33,495 nucleotides of DNA, taken from Deltaproteobacteria bacterium TL4 (GTDB taxonomy: Bacteria; SAR324; NAC60-12). Location of the stretch: NCBI GenBank assembly GCA_051382335.1, contig JBBCAX010000103.1, positions 1-33,495 on the forward strand, read 5' to 3'. Below the pieces are notes generated by a model. It saw only the letters and a program-made list of their open reading frames with translations, ran no database searches and was not told the DNA's origin. A program made the translations under genes and the position numbers. Shown here one piece after another: positions 1 to 9,326 of the stretch (positions are counted from its first letter, which is position 1; each line of letters opens with the position of its first letter).

Positions 1-94
1 TAGAAGGGGACCCAATTTCCATTCAGGAGGGGATCATCGCAAAAATTAATTTCCAAGGTAAGACCGAAGTAACCGATCCGATTGACATGAGTTT

Positions 95-662
95 TAAAAG
101 ATCATAAATCCCATAAAGATTAACGGTTCCCTCCTTCAAAGACTCAAAATCATGATCGTAGACTTGAAAAACTTCTTGGGTATAGAAGTTCCCTTCTCGG
201 TACAGATTCCCTAATGCCTCTTTTTTTTTGCGTCGATACTGATAATCGGATTTCCTGCTTTTTCATAGTCTTCCTTCAAACGAGCAATGTTTTCAAACTG
301 TTCATCGCGAAACTCAGATTGACCGATACTCAGCGATTTGCTTGCGGAACGGTAAGAATATCCGTGTTTCTTGAGAAGTTGTTCCACGATCCAGGGACTG
401 ACATCCATGCCTTCAGCTCTCATGAGTTTTGAAATCGAGGGTGCCTTGAAATCTGTCCAAATCACACCTTCTTTCATTGGATCACCTGCCGTTTTTTCTT
501 TGAGAACTTTCAAAAATATTTCATTGATATTCTCGGTGGTTTCAATAATCTTTTTTCTGCCTCCACCAGGATTTCGAATACGACTTTGCTCTGCCTCAGG
601 GATACGCCCTTTTAGTTCATCAAGACCGCGGTAAAGCGTTGATGAATGACAACCTAGAATAT
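95..662 (-). pseudogene. ISAzo13-family (Rhodopirellula-type DDE) transposase fragment, split at an A9 run and truncated at both ends
   Basis: Frame 1 reads ILGCHSSTLYRGLDEL..RIRNPGGGRKK..TAGDPM..W..GYS..RDEQF..GNPIISIDAKKK. The -1 frame continues EALGNLYREG..VYDHDF..YGIYDLL. These are ISAzo13-type motifs. Similarity is lost below ~95 and above ~662. Confidence 0.85.
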
Positions 663-961
663 TACGCGCTGTCCCAATTGGTGCGCTTCCAACAAATATT
701 TTTCAAATTCTGTGTCTGGAAGCGTCAAAATTAGATAATTCTCTGCTTGAATGAATGATTTGTTATTAGGTGTCATATTTCCTCATTTTGAAGTTATTAG
801 CTGTAATTTCAATGGAATATGGCACCTATCCGGTGTAAATATCAATATATTTTTCTGATATAATTTCTTTTCGGCTAAGGTCTAGCTATTAACGTGAGTT
901 CCGAACAAGAATTTTCTTATAATTTGAGTGCTTATCCCCAGGTGGCTGTCCGAGAATGGAG

Positions 962-1050
962 GTAGGGTGTGCTTAAGCGAAGTGAGCGCACCAGAAAGCT
1001 TGCTGTCCCCTTATTTTGGGTGCGCTCGCTTCGCTTAAGCGGCACCCTAT
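962..1050. repeat. GTAG-type REP doublet (inverted pair), same family as the 27420-28041 array
   Basis: GTAGGGTGTGCTTAAGCGAAGTGAGCGCACC (962-992) and inverted GGTGCGCTCGCTTCGCTTAAGCGGCACCCTAT (1019-1050). Flanked by imperfect inverted repeats with core TCCGAGAAT/ATTCTCGGA (944-961, 1062-1079). Confidence 0.85.
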
Positions 1051-1079
1051 TTATACTCAACTTCTATTCTCGGAAGTCC

Positions 1080-1379
1080 CTAGGTCGTAGTATGCAGAAC
1101 CATATCCAGGCCTGTGAGCTGTAATATGCGCTGAACCGTGTCACTAACTGGAGAAAAGGTGATGGTTTTTTGATAATTCCCGATCGATTTATACACCGAC
1201 ACGAGCAGTTGCAATACTGCGGTATCAATAGCAATGACTTGGCTCATATCCACCTGGATATGAGCCAACTCGGAACGGAACAGATCCTCGAAGGCTTGTT
1301 TCAGAGGTTCAATGTTATAGATATACGCCTCTCCCGAAAGAGAAAGGCCTGTTTCCAGAACCTGGATTTCCATTTTCAC
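1080..1379 (-). CDS. STAS-domain protein (anti-sigma factor antagonist-like)
   Basis: 99 aa with LSLSGE..IY, VDMSQV..IDTAVLQLL and V.RIL.LTGL STAS motifs. Overlaps the upstream stop by 4 nt (GTGA); alternative ATG at 1373. Confidence 0.9.
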   Translation of the reverse strand: MKMEIQVLETGLSLSGEAYIYNIEPLKQAFEDLFRSELAHIQVDMSQVIAIDTAVLQLLVSVYKSIGNYQKTITFSPVSDTVQRILQLTGLDMVLHTTT

Positions 1380-2353
1380 ACATCCCTGGCATCCAAATAA
1401 ACCAGCGTCTGATTGAGTAACTGATAGGCAACCTCACCAAAGGTGATGGGGCCAACCATACTACCGGTTTTCTTTCCTTCCAGTTCGGAATAGAGGTAGT
1501 TGAGAATGCAGTTACAGGAAAATACAGGGGTGTTCACCTCTGTCGGAACCAACTGTCGAAATTCCGAGACATAATCGTTAACCGGAGCCGCGATTTTATA
1601 TTCAACGCCCTGGAACACGGGCGCATACAGGTTGACAATACGTTCCTCCACCTTCACTTCCTGAAAGCTGACATTAACCATCGCCCCGCAGTAATCCGCG
1701 ACCAAGGGTAATTTGGTATCGATTTTTTTAGCTAAAATATATTCTGAAAAGTTTCTTTTCGTGCCATTGATGAAACAATCCTTGACAGAAAATCCCTCAG
1801 TTTCAAAAGTGATACTATCTCCGCTGCCTTGCTTGAAGAGATTCACAATCCCAATGGTTGCCTGTTTAGTGTCAGGCAACTGGATGTGCATCACCACCGC
1901 TTTTTGGTCCGAACTTTCCGCAGTCTTCCCGTTAAAGACCTTGGGCGTGATCTTTCCCAAGTTCTCCAGATTGACGCCTGAAATCCAACCAATAATGGGT
2001 TTCAAAAAAATATCTTTGTAATTTGGAGCATTTTGAGCATACGTGATGTGAACTGCGCTGGTCGCAGGAATAATGATGATTGAAAAGCCGTTCTCAGGCG
2101 CATCCTCAGGGATGCTGGGCAGGTTCGCTTCATCATACCACTTGACTTCAGTTTTTCCAATGTAGGCAGGTGCTTCAATGGTAAAGATCTTGTCTTCAGT
2201 AAGCAATCCTCCGGTTTCATCCATAAAGTAGGGGATTGTTCCACCGACCCATGTTCCTTTTGGCAACTGGCGTAATAAGCGCTCATCCCCAGCAAGAAAA
2301 AGAGTCTTGTTTTTCTTAATTTTTTGTCTGGTTTCCTCAACTGTTAATAACAT
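1376..2353 (-). CDS. DUF6976-family / FIST-like sensor protein
   Basis: GTWVGGTIPYFM, PLVADYCGAMVNVSF and FSCNCILNYLYSELEGK..GPITFGEVAYQLLNQT (FIST_C-like SC.C and T.GE..NQT motifs). RBS GAGGAG upstream. Confidence 0.8.
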   Translation of the reverse strand: MLLTVEETRQKIKKNKTLFLAGDERLLRQLPKGTWVGGTIPYFMDETGGLLTEDKIFTIEAPAYIGKTEVKWYDEANLPSIPEDAPENGFSIIIIPATSAVHITYAQNAPNYKDIFLKPIIGWISGVNLENLGKITPKVFNGKTAESSDQKAVVMHIQLPDTKQATIGIVNLFKQGSGDSITFETEGFSVKDCFINGTKRNFSEYILAKKIDTKLPLVADYCGAMVNVSFQEVKVEERIVNLYAPVFQGVEYKIAAPVNDYVSEFRQLVPTEVNTPVFSCNCILNYLYSELEGKKTGSMVGPITFGEVAYQLLNQTLVYLDARDV

Positions 2354-2365
2354 AATCTACTCCTC

Positions 2366-2590
2366 CTACTTAAAGATCGCCTTAATGTCTTCAGTTAACG
2401 TTGACTCATATTTCACAAAGAACGTATGGATTTCCTCAATACATTCGATGCTGGTTGCCTCCGACTGATCTTTCTGGGTTTTTCGAATAAGCCTTGAAAT
2501 TAGCATACTTGCTGGGAAAAAATTAAAGGTATAAGCAACTTTTCCGCTGACTAGCAATTTCCATTTGTTGTTCGATTTTGGTGGAATCAT
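2366..2590 (-). CDS. Small hypothetical protein, first gene of the DUF6976-STAS operon
   Basis: 74 aa ORF with strong RBS GGAGGAG before the ATG; 12-nt gap to the next gene. Confidence 0.75.
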   Translation of the reverse strand: MIPPKSNNKWKLLVSGKVAYTFNFFPASMLISRLIRKTQKDQSEATSIECIEEIHTFFVKYESTLTEDIKAIFK

Positions 2591-3058
2591 ACTACTCCTC
2601 CATTTGTATAATTGTTTCTGACTTTACAGAAGATATTCCCCGCAGTGTGTTTCCAAAGCAAAAACCCACCACTCTTGAGAAAATACTGTGTTCATGTGTT
2701 ATCCTTAATACAAACCAATAGAGACATGCAAATAAAAAAATAAAAAAATAACAGATATTTTTCAGTAGTGGAAAAGGAAGACGTGAATTCACCATTGCAG
2801 AGAAAATGAGCATGTGCCCTCTTTTTTTTGGAAAAATATTTGGGAAGCAAAATTTGAAACGGATTGAAAAGATTAAAGTTTTTTAATGTAAAAAAAATGT
2901 AAAAAAAAAGGATATTTTTTTTTGCTTTTTTCCTATAGATTCGTTATGTGTTTTCTTAGTAGTACCTGGCTAGGGGAATTTTCAGGTATAGACCCGTTAT
3001 CTTTCTGTGAACAGGGGCAAGAAATCGATACTGTTATACGTCTTACCATGGGAGAGTC

Positions 3059-6000
3059 ATGACAATGAAAAAAATAACCGTTCCATTCATATTAACCCTT
3101 CTTTTTTCTCTGCTGCTGCTAGGATGTACGTCCTCAAGTGACGACTCATCGAATAGCAAAAGTGCCGCTCCTGAAAGTTCAGGAGTACAGCTCAAGAATA
3201 CGATGCAGTTCTATCTGTTGACCATTAGTGAGGCTACAGAGAAACAACAAGTGGAAGGCGACTTGGACGCTTTTGAAGCGTTTTTAGTAAAAAAGGAAAT
3301 TACGACAGTTGATGAACTGAACGAAGCTTTCGGAGATGCGCAGTTTGTTAACGAAGTGAATGCGTTTCTTGCTGAAAAAGCAAGTCTTGGAACTCGAGGC
3401 AGTGGGCGTGCCATAGGTACGTTTTGGGATAGTATTAAAGGCTGGTTAGAATTCGTTACAAAGAATTTTTCCGGAATGGTTTCCAACATCATTGCCTATT
3501 TAACGGGGCAAGGCGGGAGTACCGCTTTAAAAATTAACAGTGCGATTCGTGCCAGTGTGAGTTCCATTGTCGCCGGTCAGGCAACGGCTGTCACCTTTGA
3601 AGTGGACATTCAGGGGACACCGATCTCAGCCGAATTATGGCAACTCAATGAAGCAGGGGCACCAATCAGGCAACTGTCCTCGCTGGCAGATGGCGGTAGC
3701 AATGGAGATACCAAAGCCTCTGATGGGACGTATAGTGGCGCGGTCTCCTTCAACGAAGCACAACAGGGAGTGATTATTGTGCAAGCTATTGTCAAAGGGA
3801 CAAGTGAGCAGGGGACTTTGGCAAGTAAGGAATTCTTTCTTTCGGTAACCTCAAATTCGGGAATAGCCCAAAGTTATTTGTTATGTCGAGATCCAGGGGA
3901 TCCGTCTACAACCGGGGATAGTACCGTTTACTGTAATGCTAAAACCCAAGGCTGTAACGATTTAAAGGATCCTCAAATTGGGGAATACAACGATTTAGCG
4001 GCTTGCAGTCGAAGTTGTCGTGATCTTGTAGGACTAACGGTTAAAAATAGTTCCTCTGCGGATGAAGTCATTGCCCGATGTGTGGTAGGAAGTGATAGTG
4101 GAACGACTCCAGGCTCAGGAGGAATTGTTGATGGTCAGGTTGTCGACAGTTTGAATCAGGCGATCAAAGGCGTGATTGCAACCGTTGATTTGAAAGGTAT
4201 TGCTTATCAAGCCACAACTGCTGAGGATGGAAGGTTTTCTTTAACGATTCCTGAGGCACAGAGAAAAGAGGGTTATAATGTTCAGTTTTTCAAAGAAGGG
4301 TATGAGTTAGCATCTCAGCCTGCTGTTTTTGATTTAGAAAACTTAAAAGTGGCATTAGGGGTGATTGTCTTAAAAGTATCGTCGATAGGTAATAAAAATA
4401 CTCGTGTGATTTCTGGTAAAGTTGTTGATGCTTCGACGCAATCGAGTCTGGGTGAGGTGTTGATTACCGTGACTGACGCAAAGAGTAACCTTAGAGTGAC
4501 GTCAACCAACGCTGAAGGGAATTTCACTATGAGTGGTGAGGCCTTTGAGCTCAACGCCACATACACTTTAAACCTAACAAAGACGGGTTATGAGCGCAGA
4601 AATGATGTGAGTATCACCATTTCTGGTGTTTCCAATTCCGTTATTCCCGTGATTACTTTAACCCAGCAAACTGGAACGACCCTTACAGGAACGGTAGAAG
4701 ATAGTTCAAACGCCCTCCTTTTGGGAGAAATACAAGTCAAAGTAACCGATGCGCAAAGTCTTGAGCAAAGTGCGGTTACGGATGCAAGTGGAAATTTTAG
4801 TGTCGCTGGAAACTTCACCAATGGTTCTTCGTATACCCTTGCGTTTGAGGGCACAGGCTATACCAGTGGAACGTCCCAAGTGAGTATTACTAACGATGGG
4901 GGGGCCAATGCACTTGGCAGTCCTGTAAAGTTGGTACCGGTTGCAGAGTCCCCATTGAAAACGATTATAGGGCAAGTGCTCAATAGTTCTTCATCCGCTC
5001 CTGTTGTTGGTGCGCAGGTGACGATTCGTGACGCAAAGGGGAATCTACTCAAAGAATCCAGTTCCAATGCCAGCGGTTCTTTTTATCTGGTTTCCTCAAA
5101 TCTTCTCAAGGAAACGACCTATTCCCTAGAAGCGAATGCCGCAGGTTACTATACCGCTTCAACCACAGTCACTATACCGAGCGGGGCGGTGTATAACATT
5201 CCTGAGTTTATCAGCTTGGTCAGCACAGATACGATCTTTTCAATTACGGGAGAGGTTGTCGACGGCCTGGGTTCTGCGGGTCTTAAAGGGGTAAAAGTTA
5301 CGTTGCAGGATTCGAAATTGACGACGCAGTTTGGGGTGACTGGAGAGGATGGAGCGTTTAAACTGACTTCCAGCAATTTCAAAAAAGATAGCAGTTATGT
5401 TCTGACTCTGGAAAAAGAAGGGTATGTGACTCGCTCCGATGTGCTTGTAACCATCAAAGAAGAAAATAATGAAATTGATGGCGGAACTGCCCATCTGTTC
5501 AAACATGTAGGTTCTATCACAGGAATGGTTCAGGATGATGCCGGTGTGGTTTTATCAGGTGTGGAGGTTTCCACTCTGGATACCGCGGGCGAAACAATCT
5601 CTGGATCCACAGACAATAGTGGAAGCTTCACTTTGGAAAGTGATTTTTTCTTCCTTGGACAAAAATATGGTTTGTCGTTTTCCAAAGCAAACTATTACTC
5701 ACTCAGTGCGGATGCGGAAATCGTGATTCCCTCAGCAAATAGAATCACAACAGTTCAATTGACGATGAAAGCCACGATTTCAGGCAGTGTTGCGGATTCC
5801 AAAACCAATGCGGCACTTGCCGGTGTAACAGTTGCGGCTTTGAATGCTTCCAATCAGGAAGTGACCCAAGCTCAAACCGGCAGTGATGGGAAATTTACAT
5901 TGGATCATACGGGGCTGGTTCGGAATAAATCCTATAAGATTAAAATCCAAAAATCCGATTATCTTTCACAGGAAGTGACCTATCCCGTAAGTGGGAAGAG

Positions 6001-7210
6001 TTTGACACCTGGCGATAATCTTATGAACTCTGTCCTTTTGGTCTCTGTATTACCAGGACCTGTGACCATTCGGGGAAAAGTCGTGGATTACTGGAAGAAC
6101 AGCGCAGGTATCGCTGCCGCGAGCATTGCGGGTGCTTCAGTTAGCATCCTTGACGAAGAAGGTGTTGTCCGCGAAACAACAACGGGGTCCACGGGTGATT
6201 TTGAAGTCCATGGTACGTTCGCTCTGAATAAGTCTTATGATCTGAAAGTCAGTAAAACTGGGTACACCGGAGAAAACGATGTTTTCATAACGACTATCAA
6301 AGGCACAACGACGGAGCTAGACGCTGGTATCTACAATCTGTATCCAGTCGGTATTTTTGTTACTTACCAACGTTGTAAGAATGATGTCTGTGACGATGTC
6401 CTCTCGAAAAGCTTCGAATTTCGCAAGCAGCAGAGCTATGAAAATTTCTTGACAGGCAAGATTGGTTTCACGTTGACATTACGTGATACCGAGACGATTG
6501 CCGCGGCAGATAGTTTTTATCTGCATCTTGATGATACAAGCTTCCCTCCAACCTTACCTTCAGGCAGTAAAATATCGAACTATGTTGCGGTTGGAGGAGG
6601 TGCTGTCCGTGGTGTTCTCGGAGAGCAATTAGGTCAGGAAAGCAGAGAGGTACTGTGGAATGTCAAAGATTTTGTGATGTATCACTTCTATGCAAGTCAG
6701 ACGGGGAGTTACAGTATTGACCTCAGCGACCTTTCAAATACAGAAATGAAACTCTATAACTATGCGGGGACCGAGTTGAGTCATCAGGATGGAAAAACGG
6801 ATTTTGACAGCAAGCGGGTTCATTCCATTACTCCGAACGCGAGTGATCCTTCCAAGAACTGGTATTTTGTGAGGGTTCGTGGACGGACAAATAGTGTCTA
6901 TGGTTTCTATAATCTCAAAGTTTTGGGACCTGCACTATCAAACCAATTGGGAAGCCTGCCCCAGACTTATGATGTAACCAATACGGAAAAAGGAGGGGTG
7001 ATTTCCTGGTTTGATCAGACCAATAACCGTCTGTATATTGCGGCGCCGAACGAAAATACCTCTTCAGGATCAATCAAGATTGATCAGTTTGGGTCCGTCG
7101 GAGGACTCGTCCGAAGTACAAATTTTAGTGGGACGTTACGAGCGGTAGACACGACAGGAGATACTGCGAAAATTGTCAAAGGATACTTTAACATCATCAG
7201 GAGCGAGTAG
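3059..7210 (+). CDS. Large surface lipoprotein with ~8 carboxypeptidase-regulatory-like (Cna-B/prealbumin-fold) repeats
   Basis: Lipobox LLLGC (Cys23). LADGGSNGDTKASDGTYSG (choice-of-anchor-X-like). Six-Cys insert. Eight ~90-aa units (I.G.V.D...L.GV.V......T...G.F......Y.L...K.GY). PPC-like beta domain near the C-terminus (GSYSIDL..TEMKLY..WYFVRVRG). Confidence 0.85.
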   Translation: MTMKKITVPFILTLLFSLLLLGCTSSSDDSSNSKSAAPESSGVQLKNTMQFYLLTISEATEKQQVEGDLDAFEAFLVKKEITTVDELNEAFGDAQFVNEVNAFLAEKASLGTRGSGRAIGTFWDSIKGWLEFVTKNFSGMVSNIIAYLTGQGGSTALKINSAIRASVSSIVAGQATAVTFEVDIQGTPISAELWQLNEAGAPIRQLSSLADGGSNGDTKASDGTYSGAVSFNEAQQGVIIVQAIVKGTSEQGTLASKEFFLSVTSNSGIAQSYLLCRDPGDPSTTGDSTVYCNAKTQGCNDLKDPQIGEYNDLAACSRSCRDLVGLTVKNSSSADEVIARCVVGSDSGTTPGSGGIVDGQVVDSLNQAIKGVIATVDLKGIAYQATTAEDGRFSLTIPEAQRKEGYNVQFFKEGYELASQPAVFDLENLKVALGVIVLKVSSIGNKNTRVISGKVVDASTQSSLGEVLITVTDAKSNLRVTSTNAEGNFTMSGEAFELNATYTLNLTKTGYERRNDVSITISGVSNSVIPVITLTQQTGTTLTGTVEDSSNALLLGEIQVKVTDAQSLEQSAVTDASGNFSVAGNFTNGSSYTLAFEGTGYTSGTSQVSITNDGGANALGSPVKLVPVAESPLKTIIGQVLNSSSSAPVVGAQVTIRDAKGNLLKESSSNASGSFYLVSSNLLKETTYSLEANAAGYYTASTTVTIPSGAVYNIPEFISLVSTDTIFSITGEVVDGLGSAGLKGVKVTLQDSKLTTQFGVTGEDGAFKLTSSNFKKDSSYVLTLEKEGYVTRSDVLVTIKEENNEIDGGTAHLFKHVGSITGMVQDDAGVVLSGVEVSTLDTAGETISGSTDNSGSFTLESDFFFLGQKYGLSFSKANYYSLSADAEIVIPSANRITTVQLTMKATISGSVADSKTNAALAGVTVAALNASNQEVTQAQTGSDGKFTLDHTGLVRNKSYKIKIQKSDYLSQEVTYPVSGKSLTPGDNLMNSVLLVSVLPGPVTIRGKVVDYWKNSAGIAAASIAGASVSILDEEGVVRETTTGSTGDFEVHGTFALNKSYDLKVSKTGYTGENDVFITTIKGTTTELDAGIYNLYPVGIFVTYQRCKNDVCDDVLSKSFEFRKQQSYENFLTGKIGFTLTLRDTETIAAADSFYLHLDDTSFPPTLPSGSKISNYVAVGGGAVRGVLGEQLGQESREVLWNVKDFVMYHFYASQTGSYSIDLSDLSNTEMKLYNYAGTELSHQDGKTDFDSKRVHSITPNASDPSKNWYFVRVRGRTNSVYGFYNLKVLGPALSNQLGSLPQTYDVTNTEKGGVISWFDQTNNRLYIAAPNENTSSGSIKIDQFGSVGGLVRSTNFSGTLRAVDTTGDTAKIVKGYFNIIRSE

Positions 7211-7213
7211 ACT

Positions 7214-7885
7214 ATGAAAGCGATAATCAATTTCAAAAAAATAGGTGCAATTTTTTTGCTTGCGTCTCTCTTTGGGTTCTCTCCTCTATGGGGAGCGGAT
7301 CCTTCTCAGTTGGCAATAGGGTCACTCCAATTTAAAATTGGAGATCAGTCCTATTCTATGGATAAGGCGATTGGTGTTGTAACTCAGGAAGGAACCCAAC
7401 AGACGATTACGGTTGCCTTGAGTGATGCAGAAAAGAAAATAGAAGTTGCTATCAATGCTTCAGTTCCCAATGCGAGTGTTGATAGGCGCTTGAATACCGA
7501 ATATCATGATATTTCTTTTTTGGTAAAAACCACTGCAATTTCCGTTTATGTGATGCCTGAAGTACAGTTAGCCAAATATAGCGGATTACTTTATACGGAG
7601 CGTCAAGGAGAGGGAAGGAATGAGCGGTTCGAGCGAAAGGCGCCCGAGTGGGTTTCAATGACTCGGGCTCAACGCATTGCGACAGGACAGGGTGTGATTC
7701 GTAATAAAACGATGGAAGGTACCGATTTTCAACTGAATCTTGCTCCAGTACTGTTAAATGGAAAAATTATTGAGCTCAAAGGAACTTTTGCCGGAATTGT
7801 CAAGCTTGGAGATAACAGTACGGGAGAGGTTTCTCAACAAGTTTTAAACGATGGTGCTTTTCGTGTAAGCGTGCACCAACCATAA
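7214..7885 (+). CDS. Exported hypothetical protein
   Basis: 223 aa with an N-terminal signal-like segment; starts 3 nt after the lipoprotein stop. Confidence 0.75.
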   Translation: MKAIINFKKIGAIFLLASLFGFSPLWGADPSQLAIGSLQFKIGDQSYSMDKAIGVVTQEGTQQTITVALSDAEKKIEVAINASVPNASVDRRLNTEYHDISFLVKTTAISVYVMPEVQLAKYSGLLYTERQGEGRNERFERKAPEWVSMTRAQRIATGQGVIRNKTMEGTDFQLNLAPVLLNGKIIELKGTFAGIVKLGDNSTGEVSQQVLNDGAFRVSVHQP

Positions 7886-7910
7886 GTAACTTTATACAAG
7901 GGGTAAGGCT

Positions 7911-9326
7911 ATGAAAAGTTTAAATTATTGTATATTCTTCGTCTTCGGAGTATTCCTGCTGCTCCCATCCTATGGCTTCGCCTATACTTATCAGGCTCAT
8001 CAAAATACCTCGGAAGACGCATTTTTGTTTATGGAAACGAAGGGGACCATCCAAATGCGTTGGGTTTCAGACTATCTGAAAGCCAAAGCCGGAGGACGTT
8101 ATACGGGGCACTGTGAGCAAAAAACGGATTTGATCAGCGATTTATCAGAAGCTGACAAGAATACACAAAGTGGATGTGGCGCAGTTGGAATTATGAGAGT
8201 GGGCGGGGTAAAACCCGATTATTTCCGTGATGCCTTTTGGGACGATTTGATCAAATATGGCTGGAATTTTAATGTGCCCTTTTTAAAGAATAACTTTACT
8301 TCCTGGTATCACTTTATTAACTTGTTACCAGGAAAAGCGGATGCGGGTCATACGTTGAAAACGGATGTGTATAACGATTATGACGGGTATTCCTGGCAAG
8401 CCAGTTATGGATTTCCCGATGTCGGACTTGATTATGGCTCTGCCGCTTTCATGAATAATGCGTGGATGACGGTTGATTTACCTAACTGTACAGATAGCGC
8501 TTGCAGTGAACGATACTCGGTGGTACCTCAAGGCAATCCCGCCTTGGATTATAAGCAAAATAGAGCGACTACCTCGGTAGGTCAGCCCCATGGCGCAAAG
8601 AAAATAGGCAGTGATGACCGCACCAATTATAACTGTTTTTCCGATACACGAATTACAGGAAATTGTCCGGATGTTGGGGCAAAAGTAAAAAGTGGGGACT
8701 ATCACTATCAAATTCCGAATGTGAGCAAAGCGGATAATTCGGTTTTTAGTTCGAGTTATTATTACTCCAACGAAGACTGGGTGATCTATGAGCCTGCGGA
8801 CAATGCCGCAACCTTCTATTACAACGAGTTTTTCCTGGAAGGGGGCCAAACACGAAATTCGGTTCTGGATAAGAGTTCGATTGCCGGACGGTACTATTCC
8901 CTGAAGGCCGATGAAATTATTTATCTCGGAGTGGTCATGCACTGGGCTACGGATATCAACCATATTGCTCATATCTGGAGTACCTTAGGGTATAATCATG
9001 GAGAGTATGAAACCTGGTCTGATGAATGGTATGGAAATCGGAAGGTTAATGGAACTCAGCCGCAAAATTTCGAAAATTTTGATGAGGCCCGAGCTTATCT
9101 TGACGCGCGTCAAAACCGTTATCAGAACGGGGTTTCTTTGGAAACGGCCTTTATGGAACAAGCTTTTCATACTTACCATATACGGACACGGAGCGGGTAT
9201 GATATTTTGACCAACTCAGACGATGGAACACGAAAGACTTTTGGAAAATGGTCCATTAATAATTCGATTGCCTTTACTGCCGCTTTATTTGAAAAAGGGG
9301 TTCTTGATCTCAGAAATAATAAATGA
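7911..9326 (+). CDS. Secreted zinc-dependent phospholipase C / S1-P1 nuclease-fold protein
   Basis: Signal peptide ending GFA, mature start YTYQAH, then PDYFRD, WYHF, LGVVMHWATDINHIAH and HGEYE: the ordered Zn-ligand pattern of the PLC/P1 fold. Confidence 0.75.
   Translation: MKSLNYCIFFVFGVFLLLPSYGFAYTYQAHQNTSEDAFLFMETKGTIQMRWVSDYLKAKAGGRYTGHCEQKTDLISDLSEADKNTQSGCGAVGIMRVGGVKPDYFRDAFWDDLIKYGWNFNVPFLKNNFTSWYHFINLLPGKADAGHTLKTDVYNDYDGYSWQASYGFPDVGLDYGSAAFMNNAWMTVDLPNCTDSACSERYSVVPQGNPALDYKQNRATTSVGQPHGAKKIGSDDRTNYNCFSDTRITGNCPDVGAKVKSGDYHYQIPNVSKADNSVFSSSYYYSNEDWVIYEPADNAATFYYNEFFLEGGQTRNSVLDKSSIAGRYYSLKADEIIYLGVVMHWATDINHIAHIWSTLGYNHGEYETWSDEWYGNRKVNGTQPQNFENFDEARAYLDARQNRYQNGVSLETAFMEQAFHTYHIRTRSGYDILTNSDDGTRKTFGKWSINNSIAFTAALFEKGVLDLRNNK

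Noticed and set aside
654..905. Short minus-strand ORF MTPNNKSF... with possible IS ends near 866-905
   Set aside because: Could be the start of another truncated IS, but 40 codons and no partner TIR are too little to call.
2592..3058. Riboswitch or 73-aa ORF in the divergent intergenic region
   Set aside because: AT-rich promoter-like DNA with poly-A/T tracts; no recognisable aptamer consensus, and the ORF lacks an RBS or motifs.
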